Source: an uncultured Clostridia bacterium
GTDB taxonomy: Bacteria > Bacillota > Clostridia > TANB77 > CAG-508
Assembly (NCBI GenBank): GCA_947625645.1
Contig: CANQPE010000001.1
Location: 10,978-74,977, forward strand
Direction of reading: 5' to 3'
DNA length: 64,000 nt
In this document: one piece after another, positions 1 to 8,878 of the stretch
Numbering within the stretch: the stretch's first letter is position 1
Layout of the letters: every line of letters begins with the position of its first letter
The notes under the pieces: generated by a model
Told to the model about the DNA's origin: nothing
Databases searched by the model: none
What the model saw: the letters and a program-made list of their open reading frames with translations, nothing else
Made by a program: the position numbers and the translations under genes

Positions 1-743
1 ACAAGTTCTTTCTAAAGAAACTGCTGATACTATGAAAGATTTAATGCAATCTGTTGTAGAAGATGGGTCTGGGTATCGTGCTGCTATTTCCGGATATACT
101 GTTGGAGGAAAAACTGGAACCTCTGAACCACCTACTGGGAAAGAAGCTGAAGAAGGCTATGTTGCTTCATTTTGCGGAATTTCTCCTGTAGAAGATACAC
201 AAGTGGTTGCTTTAGTTTGCCTTTACGGTGTTGCGAAAGGGCAACAGGGTGGTGTGGTTGCTGCACCAGTTGTCTCACAAATGTTAACAAAAATCTTACC
301 AGCCCTAAATGTGCCAGCTGATGTAACTGAAACTACAAATTCTACACAATTAACAACTTTACCTGATGTTAGAAATAAAACCTTTGCAGAAGCCGAAAAA
401 GTCTTACAAGCAAACGGTTTTACTGTAAAATCTGTTACAGAACAAGATAAAAATACAGTCACTGTTTCAGATCAAGTTCCAAAACCTGGCGTATCGCTTG
501 CTAAAGATTCTGTGATTGTTCTTTACGATAATACCAATACGACTAGAACTTCTGTTACAGTTCCAGATTTAAGTTATAAATCTGCTTCTCAAGCAATCAA
601 CACTTTGCATGCTTTAAATTTGAATGTATCTATTGATGGTGCTCGGCGTTGTTGTTTCACAAGATCCACCACTCAATTCAAAAGTCGAAGAAGGTAGTAT
701 TGTCAATATTGCTTTGAAAAAAGCTTCTGGCAATACGCATTAA
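1..743 (+). CDS. Class B penicillin-binding protein (PBP2x/SpoVD-like), C-terminal part with PASTA repeats. The 5' end lies outside the window. Frame breaks at CGG 644-646.
   Basis: The frame of ORF 32..697 is open from base 2. It shows the GGKTGTSE (KTG) box and then two PASTA-like units (LPDVRNKTFAEAEKVLQANGF.., VPDLSYKSASQAINTLHALNL..). After gct-CGG the 0 frame gives RRCCFTRS..* (stop 697). The +1 frame 645..743 gives the expected PASTA end GVVVSQDPPLNSKVEEGSIVNIALKKASGNTH*. Confidence 0.8.
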
Positions 744-767
744 TAGTATTTTAATTGTTATACTTTA

Positions 768-797
768 TCTAGGGAAATGGCTATGTATTTCCCTAGA
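768..797. terminator. Hairpin between the convergent PBP and Rpn-like genes; possible bidirectional terminator
   Basis: tctagggaaat-N8-atttccctaga read directly. There is no clear U-tract on either side. Confidence 0.3.
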
Positions 798-844
798 TAA
801 AATGATATATATTTTCTTTTTTTCTCTCTTTTTACCTAATGTAT

Positions 845-1483
845 TTATATTTTCTCTTGTTCCCAATAACTCTGTATCATTTGATGCAATCTTTGTATAT
901 ATTTGTTTTCTTTCATTGCCCTATCCATCAATACTTGATTTGCTCCTTGTATATATGCAATCCACTGCTCCGCCTTTATCATTTTTTTTGGCTCCAATAC
1001 TCTAAACCTTGGAAGTTCAATTATATGTGCTTCTGCCTCTGCTTCTTTAAAATCAATATTTCTAAACTTATTTAAAATTGCAACTTTATGGTAATTCTCA
1101 TTTAAGTATTGGTAAGGAAAATCTAAAAAATTGATGGTAATGGTCTTAGAAATTTTTCTGTCATCATGATAATATAGTTGATTGGAATGTATATATAGAT
1201 AATACAATGCTATTTTTGTTTGTATATGTTTTCCATCTACAAATTGTATGCCAACATTATACTCTTCTTGCTTTTCCGTTTTTATGCGCACATCTACAAC
1301 ACCAAAATTTTCTTCTTTTGGTAAATATTTTTCATTTTGAATAACATATGGATTAACTAAAATTCGTAAGATTTTCATTTCCAATATGCCTTCTATCAAA
1401 TCTTTAATAATATCAGCATTTTCCTGTGCATTTAATACTTTTCTTAACACATAATTTCGATTGCTGTATAAAAATTGATTCAT
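845..1483 (-). CDS. Rpn-family PD-(D/E)XK nuclease / putative transposase-like protein (short form)
   Basis: The 212-aa ORF has the pattern ..VVDVRIKT..(D), ..VGIQF..(E/Q-type core) and a C-terminal helical part typical of the Rpn/YhgA-like (TIGR01784-type) family. Confidence 0.55.
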   Translation of the reverse strand: MNQFLYSNRNYVLRKVLNAQENADIIKDLIEGILEMKILRILVNPYVIQNEKYLPKEENFGVVDVRIKTEKQEEYNVGIQFVDGKHIQTKIALYYLYIHSNQLYYHDDRKISKTITINFLDFPYQYLNENYHKVAILNKFRNIDFKEAEAEAHIIELPRFRVLEPKKMIKAEQWIAYIQGANQVLMDRAMKENKYIQRLHQMIQSYWEQEKI

Positions 1484-1766
1484 TACTGTATTTTACATTG
1501 CTACTCCTTTCTTTTTATATTTTTCTTCTTCAGTTTACTTTGGGTTTAATGAGATAAAATATTTTAGAAATGAAATAAAAGAATTATAATTCTTAAATTT
1601 AGTATAAATACATTTTTTTATTTTGTCAATCGTTTTTTGTTGATTTTTAGCACTTTTCATCGCATTTTTCGACATTTTTGCAATATATACGTTTTTGTTT
1701 TCAGTATAGGTTCTTTATTTTAGCATTATTTATTTACCTTTTTTGGGTATTTTTTTATTTTATAGC

Positions 1767-1806
1767 ATAAAAAATTAGTTATAAAAATTCATTCATTTTT
1801 ATAACT
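1767..1806 (-). terminator. Rho-independent terminator downstream of pyrD
   Basis: Perfect 11-bp stem agttataaaaa / tttttataact with an 8-nt loop. On the minus strand it is followed by AATTTTTTAT. Confidence 0.55.
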
Positions 1807-1897
1807 AAAACTTTATTTACGTCCCTTTTTTTCTTTCCAAAACTTAATTTGGGTTGGATAAGGTTGAAAAATCATTACAATTTTGGCAAGGATACTT

Positions 1898-2800
1898 TTA
1901 TTTGACAACACCAATGATTTCATGAATATCCTCAATTTTTTGTTGTTTCATATAGTTCTCTATGCCATCTACTGTTTTTACACTTGTGTATGGGTCAATG
2001 AAATTTCCTGCTCCAATTGAAATGGCTGTTGCACCTGCTAACATAAATTCAACAGCATCTTCCCCATTCATAATGCCCCCCATTCCTAAAATTGGAATTT
2101 TTACTGCATGTGCTACTTGATATACCATCCTAACGGCAACTGGTTTTATAGCAGGTCCAGATAGACCTCCGGTTACATTGGCTAATACAGGTGCTTTTTT
2201 ATAAATATCTATCTTCATGGCTAGCAATGTATTAATTAAAGACACACCATCTGCGCCTGCATCTTCTACTGCTTTCGCAATGCTTACAATATCTGTTACA
2301 TTTGGCGTTAATTTGACAATTAATGGTTTGTCCAATACTTTTCTTACCTGAGAAGTAACGCTTTTTACCCCTTCATATGAGTTTCCAAATGCCATACACC
2401 CTTCTTTTACATTAGGGCAAGATAGATTTAGTTCTACACCATCAATATCTAATGTATTTAAAATCTTACATAATTCTACATATTCTTCAATAGAGTTTCC
2501 ACAAGCATTCACAATGACTTTGGTATCATATTTTCTTAAAAATGGTAAGTCATTTTGTGCAAAATATTCTACTCCTGGATTTTGCAATCCTATTGCATTT
2601 AACATGCCACTGGCTGTCTCACAAACACGTGGTGGAGGATTTCCATTTTTTGGTTTTAATGAGGTTCCTTTTGTAATGATGCCACCTAATTTGCTTAAGT
2701 CAAAAAATTGGCTAAATTCTCTTCCATATCCAAATGTTCCTGAACAGACTGTTACCGGATTTTTCATTTCCATTCCTGCTAAATTCACTTTTGTATTCAA
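1898..2800 (-). CDS. pyrD: Dihydroorotate dehydrogenase B (NAD+), catalytic subunit
   Basis: 300 aa with class 1B DHOD motifs (NPVTVCSGTFGYG, NACG, GLSGPAIKPVA). Lies directly downstream of pyrK. Confidence 0.95.
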   Translation of the reverse strand: MNTKVNLAGMEMKNPVTVCSGTFGYGREFSQFFDLSKLGGIITKGTSLKPKNGNPPPRVCETASGMLNAIGLQNPGVEYFAQNDLPFLRKYDTKVIVNACGNSIEEYVELCKILNTLDIDGVELNLSCPNVKEGCMAFGNSYEGVKSVTSQVRKVLDKPLIVKLTPNVTDIVSIAKAVEDAGADGVSLINTLLAMKIDIYKKAPVLANVTGGLSGPAIKPVAVRMVYQVAHAVKIPILGMGGIMNGEDAVEFMLAGATAISIGAGNFIDPYTSVKTVDGIENYMKQQKIEDIHEIIGVVK

Positions 2801-2827
2801 TTTGCTTCTCTCCTTTCTTGTTTTTCC

Positions 2828-3619
2828 TTATATTTCTACATCTTTCGCTTGAAAAACAGGTCCACCTTTACATACATGATAATACTCTGGTGCTTCTTTT
2901 GGGCTTTGTGCTTTTTTCACAGCACATCCTAAGCATACACCCATTCCGCATGCCATTTTTTCTTCTAATGAAATTTGACATTCTATATTGTTTTGTATGG
3001 CAAATTCTCTTACTGCTTTCAACATTGGTAATGGTCCACATGCATAAATGGCATCTATATTTTGTTTTTCAATATCTTGTTTTAGAAAATCAATTGCAAA
3101 TCCTTTTTGTTTGTAACTTCCATCATCTGTTGTCATCACTAATTTACTAGATACTGCTTGAAATTCATCTTCTAATACAACATAGTCTTGATTTCTAAAT
3201 CCTAAATAGGTATTGACTGTCATTCCTTTTTGCTTTGCTTGTTTAGCTAATTCATATAATGGAAAAATTCCAATTCCGCCTCCTAAAATGGCTATGTTTT
3301 GTTTTCCATCTAATTTAAAAGTTCCAAATCCAAGTGGTCCTATTATATCTATGGTTTGACCTTCTTCTTTCTTCGCTAACATCTGCGTTCCTTTTCCTTT
3401 GACTTGAAAAATAAATTCTAATATTCCTTTTTCTGGTTCTATGTTGTAAATACTAATTGGTCTCCTTAAAAATGGTTCTGTTTGATCAGTGACACGAATT
3501 TCTATAAAATTTCCTGGTTTTGCTTCTTTTACGATTTCATCTGCCTGAACTTTAAAATGATAGATATCTTTTGTGAGTTGCTTTTTTTCAAGTAATTTGG
3601 CTTGCATTTGTTTTGCCAT
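2828..3619 (-). CDS. pyrK: Dihydroorotate dehydrogenase B electron-transfer subunit
   Basis: 263 aa with an FAD/NAD-binding fold (RRPISI, GGGIGIFP) and a C-terminal 2Fe-2S Cys cluster CGMGVCLGCAV. Confidence 0.9.
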   Translation of the reverse strand: MAKQMQAKLLEKKQLTKDIYHFKVQADEIVKEAKPGNFIEIRVTDQTEPFLRRPISIYNIEPEKGILEFIFQVKGKGTQMLAKKEEGQTIDIIGPLGFGTFKLDGKQNIAILGGGIGIFPLYELAKQAKQKGMTVNTYLGFRNQDYVVLEDEFQAVSSKLVMTTDDGSYKQKGFAIDFLKQDIEKQNIDAIYACGPLPMLKAVREFAIQNNIECQISLEEKMACGMGVCLGCAVKKAQSPKEAPEYYHVCKGGPVFQAKDVEI

Positions 3620-3633
3620 GTACGTTCCCTCCT

Positions 3634-4569
3634 TTATTTATTGTAAGTAATTGCTTGACTTAATTCAGCTTTCATCCTTAATGCTTCTGCTCTTGTTGCC
3701 TGCGCATACTGTGTTTCATCAAACTGGTCTTTCCACTTGTCAGATTGATAGGCACACATTAAACTTCTTGAGGCATTCACAATGCCACCTAACCCATTTG
3801 CATCAAATCCTTTTGCAATATCTTCTGCTTTTCCACCTTGTGCGCCATACCCTGGAATTAAGAAATAGGTATGTGGTGCTATGTTTCTAATTTGGCTTAA
3901 TTGTTCTGGGTAAGTTGCCCCTACCACTGCTGCTATACTACTATATCCATACGTTCCTCTTAATTCTTCGCCCCACTTTTCCACAAGTTTTGCTACTTCT
4001 GTGTAAATTTCTTCACCATTTTCTACTGTTAGGTCTTGCAATTCTCCTGAAGATGGGTTTGATGTTTTTACCAAAACAAATATCCCTTTATTGTATTTCC
4101 TGCAATCTTCTACAAATGGCTTGATACAGTCTGTCCCCATATAGGGATTTACAGTCACAAAATCTACATCAAAAATAGGTACTTGTATTTCCCCTATGGT
4201 TGTTCTTCCTAAAAACGCCTTGGAATACCCTGCTGCTGTTGACCCAATATCTCCTCTTTTACTATCTGCTATCACTATCATACCTTTTTCTTTGGCATAT
4301 TGGCAGGTTTCTTGAAATGCTTTTAACCCTTCTATTCCATACATTTCATAAAAGGCAATTTGCACTTTGACTGCTGGGATGATATCACAAACACTATCAA
4401 TTAAATGTTTGTTAAATTCAATGATTGCTTTCCCTACCCCTTCTAATGTTTGGGGATATTTTTTCTTCAGCATTTCTGGCAATATTTCATACCTGGGATC
4501 CAATCCTATTACAGTTGGATTGTTAGTTTCTTTTATTTTGTTAATTAATTGATCCATTGCATTTTGCAT
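3634..4569 (-). CDS. pyrF: Orotidine 5'-phosphate decarboxylase (type 2, long form)
   Basis: OMP decarboxylase family similarity (DSKRGDIGSTA, GYGAQGG). I place the start at MQNAMDQL (4569), which has a GAAGGGAAGGA RBS inside the end of pyrC. The listed ORF start at 4602 overlaps pyrC. Confidence 0.85.
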   Translation of the reverse strand: MQNAMDQLINKIKETNNPTVIGLDPRYEILPEMLKKKYPQTLEGVGKAIIEFNKHLIDSVCDIIPAVKVQIAFYEMYGIEGLKAFQETCQYAKEKGMIVIADSKRGDIGSTAAGYSKAFLGRTTIGEIQVPIFDVDFVTVNPYMGTDCIKPFVEDCRKYNKGIFVLVKTSNPSSGELQDLTVENGEEIYTEVAKLVEKWGEELRGTYGYSSIAAVVGATYPEQLSQIRNIAPHTYFLIPGYGAQGGKAEDIAKGFDANGLGGIVNASRSLMCAYQSDKWKDQFDETQYAQATRAEALRMKAELSQAITYNK

Positions 4570-4570
4570 A

Positions 4571-5848
4571 TTATTCCTTCCCTTCATATACAATCTTTCC
4601 ACTTACAATTGTGTATTTTACTTTTCCTTTTAATGTTTTCCCTATAAATGGACTATTTTTAGATTTTGATACAATGCGCTCTTTTGTATACACATATACT
4701 TCGTTTGGATTAAATATAGTAATATCTGCTATTTTTCCTTCTTGTATGGTTCCTCTGTCAATGTTTAAAAGTTGTGCTGGATTGTATGATGTTAATTTGA
4801 CTAAATCCAAGTAGCTAATATAACCTGGATCAACAAGGTTCATAATTTCAGCTGATAATGCTGTTTCAAATCCAATAATTCCATTTGGTGCTTGAGAAAG
4901 GTCTTTTTGTTTTTCTTCTTCACTATGTGGTGCATGGTCTGTGATGATACAATCAATTGTTCCTTCTTTTAATCCTTCGATAATGGCTTGTCTGTCCTTT
5001 TCTTCTCTTAATGGCGGATTCATTTTGGCATTTGTTCCACTTTTCTTTACTTCATCTACCGTAAATGTAAAATAGTGTGGACAAGTTTCGCACGTAATTT
5101 TTACGCCTCGCTTTTTGGCATCTCGTACCATATTTTTGGTGGTTTTGGTACTAATATGGCAAATATGTGCTCTTGCGTTGTTTGTTTCTGAAATGACAAT
5201 TTCTCTTGCAGCCATAATCTCTTCTGCTTCTGGTAACACGCCCTCTACACCTAGTTCTTCCGCTACGTTTCCTGCTTGAATTGCTCCTTGTGCGACAGAC
5301 TTTTCTTCACAATGAGAAGCTACATATGTTCCTAAGGCATCTGCCTTGATAATTGCTTCTCTCATCAATCTGCTATTTACCACTGGCATGCCATCATCAG
5401 AAAATGCAATGGCTCCTGCTTGTTTTAGTTCCTCAAAATCAACTAGTTCTTCTCCTTTTTCGCCTTTTGTCACAGAGGCATATGGTAATACATTGCAAAG
5501 GTTTACACGTTTTGCTTCTTCTATGATTTTTTGCAAAATAATAGCGCTATCTGGGGTTGGTTTTGTATTTGGCATTGGACAAATGGTTGTAAATCCCCCT
5601 GCTACGGCGCTTTCGCTACCAGTTTCGATTGTTTCTTTATATTCAAAGCCTGGTTCTCTTAAATGGCAATGAATATCAATCATACCTGGTATGATATATA
5701 AATTGGTGCAATCAATCACTTGGTCTGTTGGTTCCACAATTTCTTTTGCTATTTTTTTTATTTTTTGGTTTTCAATTAAAATATCATATAGCTCATTTGT
5801 GTTTGTTTTGTAATCTATTACTGTTCCATTTTTTAGTAAAATTGTCAT
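4571..5848 (-). CDS. pyrC: Dihydroorotase
   Basis: 425-aa amidohydrolase with DIHCHLREPG and DHAPH motifs. First gene of the pyr run. Confidence 0.95.
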   Translation of the reverse strand: MTILLKNGTVIDYKTNTNELYDILIENQKIKKIAKEIVEPTDQVIDCTNLYIIPGMIDIHCHLREPGFEYKETIETGSESAVAGGFTTICPMPNTKPTPDSAIILQKIIEEAKRVNLCNVLPYASVTKGEKGEELVDFEELKQAGAIAFSDDGMPVVNSRLMREAIIKADALGTYVASHCEEKSVAQGAIQAGNVAEELGVEGVLPEAEEIMAAREIVISETNNARAHICHISTKTTKNMVRDAKKRGVKITCETCPHYFTFTVDEVKKSGTNAKMNPPLREEKDRQAIIEGLKEGTIDCIITDHAPHSEEEKQKDLSQAPNGIIGFETALSAEIMNLVDPGYISYLDLVKLTSYNPAQLLNIDRGTIQEGKIADITIFNPNEVYVYTKERIVSKSKNSPFIGKTLKGKVKYTIVSGKIVYEGKE

Positions 5849-5921
5849 TTCTATCCCTCCTTAATTTTTGTATATTTTATCATGTTTTTATCGTTTTTTC
5901 AATGGTTTTATCATTTTTTTG

Positions 5922-5965
5922 AAAAAAATCTCCCCAGTATTTTTCTCAAAATACTGGGGAGATTT
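5922..5965 (-). terminator. Rho-independent terminator after the hypothetical gene, upstream of pyrC
   Basis: 15-bp stem aaatctccccagtat / atactggggagattt with a 10-nt loop and a T7 run on the minus strand. Confidence 0.7.
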
Positions 5966-5967
5966 CC

Positions 5968-6273
5968 CTATGCGACAATTTTGCACAACAATGCAATTGT
6001 TTCATAGCGATTATGTGACAAACAAATACTCAAATCGTTTTTTAACAAAGCATATTGTAATTCGTCTGTTTCTGAAATTTGATTTTCCTCTGCCCACTTT
6101 TTCAAAGCATCCTCCCAACTGACCTCTTCTGAATTGGCCATTTGTGAAATGATAAACTTGATTGCCTGCTCGCCTTTTTTCCATGGGCCTTGTTTTACCA
6201 ACCGCATAATCTCTTTCACAATCTTGTCATGATAAGCTTCCAATTGCACATACTTTTTTGCACCTGAACACAT
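5968..6273 (-). CDS. Hypothetical protein (101 aa)
   Basis: ORF with a perfect RBS, AAGGAGG 7 nt before ATG 6273 (MCSGAKKYVQLEAY..). No family recognised. Contains an in-frame CGG at 6204..6202 with no frame break. Confidence 0.5.
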   Translation of the reverse strand: MCSGAKKYVQLEAYHDKIVKEIMRLVKQGPWKKGEQAIKFIISQMANSEEVSWEDALKKWAEENQISETDELQYALLKNDLSICLSHNRYETIALLCKIVA

Positions 6274-6378
6274 TTGGGTTCCTCCTTTTGGCATAGTGTA
6301 TTCTCCAAAAATTCTTAGAGAATTGTGAATTTGCATCTATATCATTTTATCACAATTCGTAGTTTCTGTCAATTTTTC

Positions 6379-6407
6379 TTGACAAATGTAGCTTTTTTGA
6401 TTAAAAT
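6379..6407 (+). promoter_or_regulatory. Sigma-A-type promoter for the PRTase gene
   Basis: TTGACA (6379-6384), 17-nt spacer, TAAAAT (6402-6407). It lies about 30 nt upstream of the RBS/ATG at 6439. Confidence 0.5.
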
Positions 6408-6438
6408 AGGAGTAATAATTTTTTAGGAGGGATTTTGT

Positions 6439-7299
6439 ATGTCTGATATCATGTCATATTTGTTTCAAACCAATGCCATAAAATTTTGTGAAGAAAATAA
6501 ACCATTCTGGTATACTTCTGGAAAAATCGGTCCTTATTTCATCAATACTCATTTTGTATATGGAAGTGAACAGGAAGCTTCTGAATTTCTAAGCTTTATT
6601 GATGAATGTTTAGCAGATAAACACTCTTTACCAACGAAAGTTTTTGAAAAAGTTTTTGCACAATATGAAAAAAATAAAATATATAGGGATGTAATCGATA
6701 GCATGAAACAATATATTGAACAAAATATTGATGTTTCTGAAATTGATTATATTTCAGGTGGAGAACGTAGAGATTGGTTCTTCTCTAATATGATTGCCTT
6801 TTTATTAAAAATACCTCATATTTCTATTTTCAAAGATTTAACAACGGTAACAAGTGACCATGAATTTAAAACATTTGAAACAACAACAGATTTACACGAT
6901 AAAAAAATATTACATGTTGCTGATTTAATTACAGTAGCTTCTAGTTACCTTCGTGCTTGGATACCAGCCATTCGCAATTTAGGCGGCGAACTTGCTTGGT
7001 CTTGTGTTGTTGTAGATAGAATGCAAGGCGGAAAACAAAAAATTGAAGCAGAAGGTGTAAAAGCTTTTTCTTTAGTCAATGTTGACCATACTTTATTTGA
7101 TAAAGCCTTGGAATTGGGTATTATTAATCAAAACCAAGCAGATATGTTAACGAATTACTATGTAAATCCAGATGAAACCATGAAAAACTTCTTACTTGCA
7201 CATCCTGAATTTTTAGAAAATGCCTTACATGCTGATGAAAAAACCAAAAAACGTGCTCAGTTACTTGTAGATGGTAATTTATATGGATTGAATACCTAA
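6439..7299 (+). CDS. Phosphoribosyltransferase-domain protein, possibly a divergent orotate PRTase
   Basis: 286 aa with a PRPP-loop-like ILHVADLITVASS. It is divergent from the pyr operon, which lacks pyrE in this window. It is longer than canonical PyrE. Confidence 0.4.
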   Translation: MSDIMSYLFQTNAIKFCEENKPFWYTSGKIGPYFINTHFVYGSEQEASEFLSFIDECLADKHSLPTKVFEKVFAQYEKNKIYRDVIDSMKQYIEQNIDVSEIDYISGGERRDWFFSNMIAFLLKIPHISIFKDLTTVTSDHEFKTFETTTDLHDKKILHVADLITVASSYLRAWIPAIRNLGGELAWSCVVVDRMQGGKQKIEAEGVKAFSLVNVDHTLFDKALELGIINQNQADMLTNYYVNPDETMKNFLLAHPEFLENALHADEKTKKRAQLLVDGNLYGLNT

Positions 7300-7357
7300 A
7301 ATGAAGAGGGGGTTCTAAAATCATAGATTCCCTCTCCATTTTGTTTGTATGATTTCT

Positions 7358-8104
7358 CTAATTTTCTTCTGCAATGTAATAACCTACTCCTCTTTTGGTA
7401 ATTAAAATCTGTGGTGAGGAGGTATCTGCTTCAATTTTTTCTCGAATTCTTCTCACTGTAACATCTACTGTTCTAATATCTCCATAATATTCATAACCCC
7501 ATACCTTCTCTAGCAAAGTTTCTCTTGTAACGACTTGCCCTGGTTGGGCAGCTAAAAATTTTAATACTTCAAATTCTCTTAACGTTAAATCAATAATACT
7601 TCCTCTTACTTTTACCTCAAACTTATCTAAATCTAGTTCTAAATCTCTTACTTTAATTTTATTTGTCTTTTTCGATGTTTCTTGCTTCTCCTCTGATAAT
7701 TTTGTAGTATCTTCTATTGCAACATCCGCCTTTCTAATATTCGCCTTTACTCTAGCTACTAATTCTCTTACACTAAATGGCTTTGTAATATAGTCATCGG
7801 CACCCAATTCTAACCCTACTATTTTGTCAATTTCTGTATCTCTTGCTGTTAGAATAATAATGGGAATATTATATACATTTTTTACTCTTTTACACACTGT
7901 TAAGCCATCTATTTTTGGCAACATGATATCTAACATAATTAAATCTGGTCTTTCTCGCAAAGCAATTTCCAACCCCGTTTGTCCATCTTTTGCTTCTAAA
8001 ATTCGATACCCTTCTTTTACTAAATTAAACTTTAACACATCTATAATTGCTTGTTCATCATCTACCACTAGAACTGTTTTCACATCTCTATTTATCATTC
8101 CCAC
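7358..8104 (-). CDS. OmpR/PhoB-family response regulator (receiver + winged helix)
   Basis: VLVVDDE.., DLIMLDIMLP (acceptor Asp), KPF, and a C-terminal LTLREFEVLKFL..RTVDVTVRRIREK. GTG start at 8104. Confidence 0.9.
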   Translation of the reverse strand: MGMINRDVKTVLVVDDEQAIIDVLKFNLVKEGYRILEAKDGQTGLEIALRERPDLIMLDIMLPKIDGLTVCKRVKNVYNIPIIILTARDTEIDKIVGLELGADDYITKPFSVRELVARVKANIRKADVAIEDTTKLSEEKQETSKKTNKIKVRDLELDLDKFEVKVRGSIIDLTLREFEVLKFLAAQPGQVVTRETLLEKVWGYEYYGDIRTVDVTVRRIREKIEADTSSPQILITKRGVGYYIAEEN

Positions 8105-8185
8105 AAAAATTCCGCCTTTCGTTGGTTCATTTTTATTTCATTTATATTTATATCACATTTATTCATTTAATACAAGTCCTTTTTT

Positions 8186-8764
8186 CTAGATTTTCATAAC
8201 TTGAAATTTCCCATTGCATTTGGCACATCTGTATTTTTGCACAAAATTTTTGCAAATTCTTTTTCTAAAAAATACTTGTCCGCATGTTTGGCATTGTATT
8301 TGATATTTATTATTCTTTTCTTCTTGATACGCAACATTGCTTCTTGCAAAATCCTCTTTTTTATTTCCTGTTGTGTTTATGGTATATCCTAATTGTTGAT
8401 GAATATATTCAGCATACTTTTTAAATTCTTTTCCATGATTGTTGCAGTTTGGTATGCAATGAATTAATTCATGAAAAATGGTATTTTTAATAATACTTGT
8501 ATCTAACTGCATAACCCAAGTGCTAATTTCTATTTTATGGTTTTGGTACTTTGCATAATGAATGATTTTTTTCCTACCGCGCCTTTCAATATATCTTGTA
8601 TTCCTATCAGGGTCTGTTTGTTTACATACACCATATCGCTTTTGACTTCTACTGGATAATCCAATTTCAATGGTTCCAATTTGTGGATTATTTTGCAAAT
8701 TCATTCCAATTTTTTGTAGTTCTTGTAAACATTCTTCGTATATTTTTTGTAATTGTTCTTCCAT
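8186..8764 (-). CDS. SprT-like zinc metalloprotease-domain protein with a C-terminal zinc ribbon
   Basis: 192 aa with an HELIHC (HExxH) motif and CQTCG..CAKCNG. Confidence 0.7.
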   Translation of the reverse strand: MEEQLQKIYEECLQELQKIGMNLQNNPQIGTIEIGLSSRSQKRYGVCKQTDPDRNTRYIERRGRKKIIHYAKYQNHKIEISTWVMQLDTSIIKNTIFHELIHCIPNCNNHGKEFKKYAEYIHQQLGYTINTTGNKKEDFARSNVAYQEEKNNKYQIQCQTCGQVFFRKRICKNFVQKYRCAKCNGKFQVMKI

Positions 8765-8800
8765 GTTTTCTCACTTTCTTTTTTAGCGTTTGCCATCAGT

Positions 8801-8853
8801 ATATCATAAATAGAAAAAAAATTCCATCTTGATTTTTTTTCTATTTATGATAT
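8801..8853. promoter_or_regulatory. Perfect 21-bp inverted repeat (11-nt loop) in the divergent sprT-like/guaD promoter region
   Basis: atatcataaatagaaaaaaaa (8801-8821) and ttttttttctatttatgatat (8833-8853) are exact reverse complements. Confidence 0.6.
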
Positions 8854-8878
8854 ACTGTTTTCAGTTGGAGGTGTGTTT

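Noticed and set aside
802-1075. Two short plus-strand ORFs (67 and 78 aa).
   Set aside because: They are antisense to the Rpn-like gene and are hydrophobic, low-complexity products of AT-rich sequence.
5922-5965. A PyrR-type attenuator in the pyrC leader.
   Set aside because: The hairpin lacks the PyrR binding-loop consensus (UCCAGAGAGG-like), and no anti-terminator alternative is evident. It is adequately explained as the terminator of the upstream hypothetical gene.
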